A stretch of 63,625 bases of DNA, counting the filler. It is 4 parts of 4 records of this genome, joined end to end, with 100 filler letters (N's around TTAATTAATTAA, not from the genome) between each part and the next. Parts side by side here need not be neighbours in the genome. Positions count along the whole stretch, not along the records: positions 56,463 to 63,625 come from SRR22947725_3050; 3 more parts are not named here. One strand, written 5' to 3'. The notes beneath the pieces were generated by a model that was not told where the DNA came from, searched no databases, and saw only the letters and a list, made by a program, of their open reading frames with translations. Each line of letters begins with the position of its first letter. Positions within the stretch are counted from its first letter, which is position 1. The position numbers were made by a program, and so were the translations under genes. Of this stretch, positions 59,676 to 63,625 are shown one piece after another.

Positions 59676-60422
59676 ATGACAGAACAAGTATTTTTAATCT
59701 TATGTTTATTCTCTATTTTTATAATAGCTGGCACTATAAAAGGTGTTGCTGGATTAGGATTGCCAACAACCGCAATGGGCCTTATGACCATAACCATTGC
59801 TCCAAGAACGGCAATCGCATTATTAATATTTCCACTTATATTTACTAATGCTTGGCAAGTTTTTAGATCAGGAAATGTACACCAAACATTTAAAAAATAT
59901 TTCCCATTTATTATAATGTTAATTATTTTTGTATGGCTAACTGTCAACAAAACTGCTCAAGTTAGTGATAATACATTAATTGGATTTTTAGGGTTTGTAA
60001 TTTTATTATTTGTAATTGTGAATATTTTCAAAAATGCACCATTCATCCCAAACCATCATGATAGAAAGGCACAAATTATATCAGGCTTTATAGCAGGTGT
60101 AATGGGAGGTCTCACGTCAGTATGGGCACCTCCACTCGCGATTTATTTAGCCGCTAGAAGGGTCAAGAAAGAAGAGTTTGTTCGAGTTAGTGGGTTAATT
60201 TTTTTCATTGGATCAATACCACTTTTAATAGCGTATTTGAATCAAGGCCATATGAATAAAGAATTATCATTACTGTCAGTTTTCTTGTTATTACCAACAT
60301 TTATTGGCTTTTGGATTGGTGAAAAAATTAGAAATAAAATGTCAGAGATTATTTTTAAAAAATTTATATTGATTATCTTTTTAATCATGGGACTTGATTT
60401 GATTCGCCGTGCGTATACATAA
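59676..60422 (+). CDS. TauE/SafE family (sulfite exporter-like) membrane protein
   Basis: AGTIKGVAGLGLP; GFIAGVMGGLTSVWAPP duplicated-half pattern. Confidence 0.85.
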   Translation: MTEQVFLILCLFSIFIIAGTIKGVAGLGLPTTAMGLMTITIAPRTAIALLIFPLIFTNAWQVFRSGNVHQTFKKYFPFIIMLIIFVWLTVNKTAQVSDNTLIGFLGFVILLFVIVNIFKNAPFIPNHHDRKAQIISGFIAGVMGGLTSVWAPPLAIYLAARRVKKEEFVRVSGLIFFIGSIPLLIAYLNQGHMNKELSLLSVFLLLPTFIGFWIGEKIRNKMSEIIFKKFILIIFLIMGLDLIRRAYT

Positions 60423-60424
60423 AA

Positions 60425-61831
60425 TCAAACTTTAAAATTAAATGCAGAAATACTATTCTCTGCCCCATCAAACATCATAGGTCTCGCAATGGGTGGCTCA
60501 GCTCTTTGAGCACAGTGAGGCCTTTCGCATAGACGACAATTTTGGCCAACATCTGCACGATCAACAGCACCACCTGAAGCATATATCATGTCCGTTATGA
60601 ATTCAGCTTCACAGGCCAACATTATAGCAGTCTGGCGCATATTTTCACCATAAGCACCACCACTTTGTTTTGTAGACCGATTTAATGTAAAATATGCTTG
60701 TCCATTGGGGCTTTCTACAATTTGTGTAAGAAGTTGTTGTGGAAGTGAAACAGCTTTGAAAATTGATAGCTTAGGACACTGACCACCAAATGTATTCTTA
60801 GGATACCCCCTAAGTCCAACTCTGCGAACTTTATTTCCTGCTTGATCTACTTCCTGAAGGAAAAATGGAATCCCCTCCATATCTGCTCGACTTAAAGTCG
60901 TCATACGATATGCAACCTCACCAAAAGAAACATCAAAACGCTTTGCAATTGCTTCAACATCATATTTCATTCTTTGTGATGTTTGAAAAAATCTTTTATA
61001 AGGTAATAACAATGCTAATGCAGTATAATTCATTAACTCAATCTTGCCCGCCTTTATTGCTTCAGGAGATTTTAGATTCAATCTTAATACAGCCCTGTCA
61101 ATTTCTTCAGACAACTCACAATTTACAAGATAGCATGCTAGCTCTGCAACACGGCCGTAAGAATTGAGCCTATCAGAAATAAATAAACGCATAGAATGCT
61201 TATCAAATCGTCGTGTCCATTCAGGCATTGTATTAATCGGGAGTGTTTGAACAGTAATTCGGTGATTTTTTAATAACCTATCTTGCAAGGCAGCAAACAT
61301 ACCACTGCCCAGGTCAAGTTCTGATGCTAAATTTTCTGCAGAGCGATCTAGATTGTCATAATAATTATCTCTACTTTCCATAGCACTTTGAACCAAGTCA
61401 GTGGGTAGAGCAGTTTGGCTAATATCCTGACCTTCAGTCATACCAGCATTTAATTCTGATAATCTTAATAAAGCTTGCCTATATCCTTCATGTAACTTTT
61501 TAATACCGCTCGCAACGTTTGGTGCAACATCCGCAACCTCAAATAATTCCTCATATCCAGGTAATTCTCCCTGCAGTAAAGAATCAGAGAATATTTCCTT
61601 TAAAGCAGTAACGGTACCGTCTGAATCTCCTTCAAGCTCTTCAGGCGATATATTATATGTTTTGGAGAGTTTTAATATCAATTGAACCGTAATTGGGCGT
61701 TGATTTCTTTCAATTAAATTCAAGTAACTTGGAGATATATCCAACTCATTCGCCATGGCACTTTGGCTTAATCCAATTGAATTACGGATTTTCTTTACCC
61801 TTGGACCAGCAAATATTTTCTGAATATTCAT
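60425..61831 (-). CDS. RamB/ScfR (short-chain fatty acyl-CoA regulator) family XRE regulator
   Basis: KIFAGPRV..IR...LSQ..MA..L.ISPSYLNLIERNQRP, F.VSF..VAYR.TTL, GGQCP, C-terminal CRLCERPHC.QRA.PP; divergent from aceA. Confidence 0.9.
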   Translation of the reverse strand: MNIQKIFAGPRVKKIRNSIGLSQSAMANELDISPSYLNLIERNQRPITVQLILKLSKTYNISPEELEGDSDGTVTALKEIFSDSLLQGELPGYEELFEVADVAPNVASGIKKLHEGYRQALLRLSELNAGMTEGQDISQTALPTDLVQSAMESRDNYYDNLDRSAENLASELDLGSGMFAALQDRLLKNHRITVQTLPINTMPEWTRRFDKHSMRLFISDRLNSYGRVAELACYLVNCELSEEIDRAVLRLNLKSPEAIKAGKIELMNYTALALLLPYKRFFQTSQRMKYDVEAIAKRFDVSFGEVAYRMTTLSRADMEGIPFFLQEVDQAGNKVRRVGLRGYPKNTFGGQCPKLSIFKAVSLPQQLLTQIVESPNGQAYFTLNRSTKQSGGAYGENMRQTAIMLACEAEFITDMIYASGGAVDRADVGQNCRLCERPHCAQRAEPPIARPMMFDGAENSISAFNFKV

Positions 61832-62015
61832 TTACAATCTTTACAACTTTACAAATTATTATTTACAATATATTACAATATTACTTTAAATATTCAAGTA
61901 TTAATCAATATTTTATAGATAAATTTTGTAAATAAATACACAAAGTTCTTAAGAAGCTAGAATTTTACAAAACTTAAATTTTTTAAAATCCTAAAATTTA
62001 GTAATTTTTTTACAA
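61831..62015. promoter_or_regulatory. Repeated TTTACAA motifs, putative RamB/ScfR operators
   Basis: TTTACAA at 61831, 61840, 61848, 61862, 61964 and 62009; ATTACAA at 61872; inverted TTGTAAA at 61926. Confidence 0.65.
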
Positions 62016-62026
62016 AGGGGAATGAA

Positions 62027-63613
62027 ATGGCATATGACGGGACATCACTTGATACCATCAATAGTTTAAAATCTGAAAATGGTTCATCATGGGATGCAAT
62101 CAATCCAGAACATATTCAACGTATGAGAATGCAAAACCGTTTTAAAACTGGTTTAGACATCGCTCAATACACTGCAGATATCATGCGTGAAGATATGGCA
62201 GCTTATGATGCAGATAGTTCACAATATACTCAATCACTTGGATGCTGGCATGGCTTTATCGGGCAGCAAAAAATGATTGCCATCAAAAAACATTTTGGCA
62301 CAACTAAAAGAAAATATTTGTATTTATCTGGTTGGATGATTGCAGCTCTACGCTCAGAATTTGGTCCATTACCAGATCAATCAATGCATGAAAAAACATC
62401 TGTTCCTGCCTTAATTGAAGAATTATATACTTTTTTAAGACAGGCAGATGCTCGTGAATTAGGTGGTCTTTTCCGTGAATTAGACGCAGCTCCTGATTCA
62501 ACAACAAGATCAAATGTTCAAGCAAAAATTGATAACTTTGAAACACATGTTGTACCAATTATTGCTGATATTGATGCAGGATTTGGTAACCCTGAGGCAA
62601 CATATCTACTAGCAAAGAAAATGATTGAAGCGGGAGCATGTGCACTTCAGATAGAAAACCAAGTATCAGATGAAAAGCAATGTGGCCACCAAGATGGCAA
62701 AGTTACTGTTCCTCATGAAGATTTTTTACAAAAAATTCGTGCTTGCCGACACGCATTCTTAGAGCTTGGTATAGATAATGGTATCATAGTTGCACGTACC
62801 GATAGCCTTGGTGCAGGCTTAACTAAACAAATAGCTGTAACCAAAGAACCAGGCGATTTGGGTGATCAATATAATAGCTTCCTAGATTGTGACGAAGTGA
62901 CTTTGGATACTATGGGAAATGGCGATGTTGTTATCAAACAAGACGGCAAGCTTATGCGTCCTAAACGTTTACCATCAAATTTATTCCAATTTAAAGAAGG
63001 TACTGGAGTAGACCGCTGTGTTCTAGATTCAGTAACTTCATTACAAAATGGGGCTGATATGATTTGGATTGAAACTGAAAAACCTCACATTGGTCAAATT
63101 GGTGAAATGATCAACCGTGTTAAACAAACAGTTCCTAACGCAAAATTAGTTTATAACAACTCACCATCGTTTAACTGGACATTAAATTTCCGCCAACAAG
63201 TTTATGATGCATGGCTAGAAGAAGGCCGTGATGTTTCTTCTTATGACAGGGCGAAATTAATGTCTGTGGATTATGACGAAACAGAATTATCGATCCTAGC
63301 AGATGAAAAAATCAAAACGTTTCAAGCTGATGCAGCCAAGGATGCCGGTATATTCCACCACCTCATCACACTTCCAACTTATCATACAGCTGCTCTTTCG
63401 ACCGATAACCTAGCTAAAGAATACTTTGGGTCAGAAGGCATGCTAGGTTATGTGTCAGGAGTACAACGTAAAGAGATACGACAAGGCATAGCCTGCGTTA
63501 AACACCAAAATATGTCTGGATCAGACCTTGGTGACGACCACAAAGAATACTTTGCCGGAGAAGCTGCACTAAAAGCTGCTGGTGAAGACAATACAATGAA
63601 CCAATTCAACTAA
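62027..63613 (+). CDS. aceA: Isocitrate lyase (long, Pseudomonas/rhizobial type)
   Basis: TQSLGCWHG, YLSGW, DIDAGFG, catalytic EKQCGHQDGK, WIETEKP, YNNSPSFNW. Confidence 0.97.
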   Translation: MAYDGTSLDTINSLKSENGSSWDAINPEHIQRMRMQNRFKTGLDIAQYTADIMREDMAAYDADSSQYTQSLGCWHGFIGQQKMIAIKKHFGTTKRKYLYLSGWMIAALRSEFGPLPDQSMHEKTSVPALIEELYTFLRQADARELGGLFRELDAAPDSTTRSNVQAKIDNFETHVVPIIADIDAGFGNPEATYLLAKKMIEAGACALQIENQVSDEKQCGHQDGKVTVPHEDFLQKIRACRHAFLELGIDNGIIVARTDSLGAGLTKQIAVTKEPGDLGDQYNSFLDCDEVTLDTMGNGDVVIKQDGKLMRPKRLPSNLFQFKEGTGVDRCVLDSVTSLQNGADMIWIETEKPHIGQIGEMINRVKQTVPNAKLVYNNSPSFNWTLNFRQQVYDAWLEEGRDVSSYDRAKLMSVDYDETELSILADEKIKTFQADAAKDAGIFHHLITLPTYHTAALSTDNLAKEYFGSEGMLGYVSGVQRKEIRQGIACVKHQNMSGSDLGDDHKEYFAGEAALKAAGEDNTMNQFN

Positions 63614-63625
63614 GGAGAGATATTA

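Noticed and set aside
1-63625. CRISPR arrays, transposases, integrases, defence or reverse-transcriptase systems
   Set aside because: No regularly spaced repeat-spacer array or corresponding protein motifs were seen.

Overview
This window is not one locus. It holds four unrelated contigs joined by three artificial 100-nt linkers (N-run/TTAATTAATTAA/N-run at 15544-15643, 39933-40032 and 56363-56462). Contig A (1-15543) is AT-rich and very compact, and looks like a streamlined marine actinobacterium (Acidimicrobiia/'Ca. Actinomarina'-like; inference). It carries a split pntA, glycerate kinase, a GH57 amylopullulanase, tryptophanase, part of a split cytochrome bc complex, pervasive leaderless gene starts and a candidate small structured RNA. 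Contig B (15644-39932) is an AT-rich streamlined gammaproteobacterium (SAR86-like; inference). It carries the rpoE-rseA-degP-lepA-lepB-rnc-era-recO-acpS-adk-tsaB-uppP-rsmJ run, ung, serA, glpK and nrdAB with NrdR/DnaA boxes. Contig C (40033-56362) is GC-rich Rhodobacterales: tRNA-Cys fragment, metG, an orphan LexA-controlled imuA, carnitine catabolism and an ECF/anti-sigma/metal-sensor/EF-hand module. Contig D (56463-63625) is an AT-rich alphaproteobacterium: SLC5-histidine kinase system, RamB/ScfR regulator and isocitrate lyase. The most notable observations are an apparent RseA-RseB(C-terminal domain) fusion, a DARS-like DnaA-box triad, an unannotated ~88-nt structured RNA with its own promoter and terminator, and an imuA lacking imuB/dnaE2. 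No CRISPR array, transposase or integrase was seen. Taxonomic and family calls come from motif recognition only; no searches were run.
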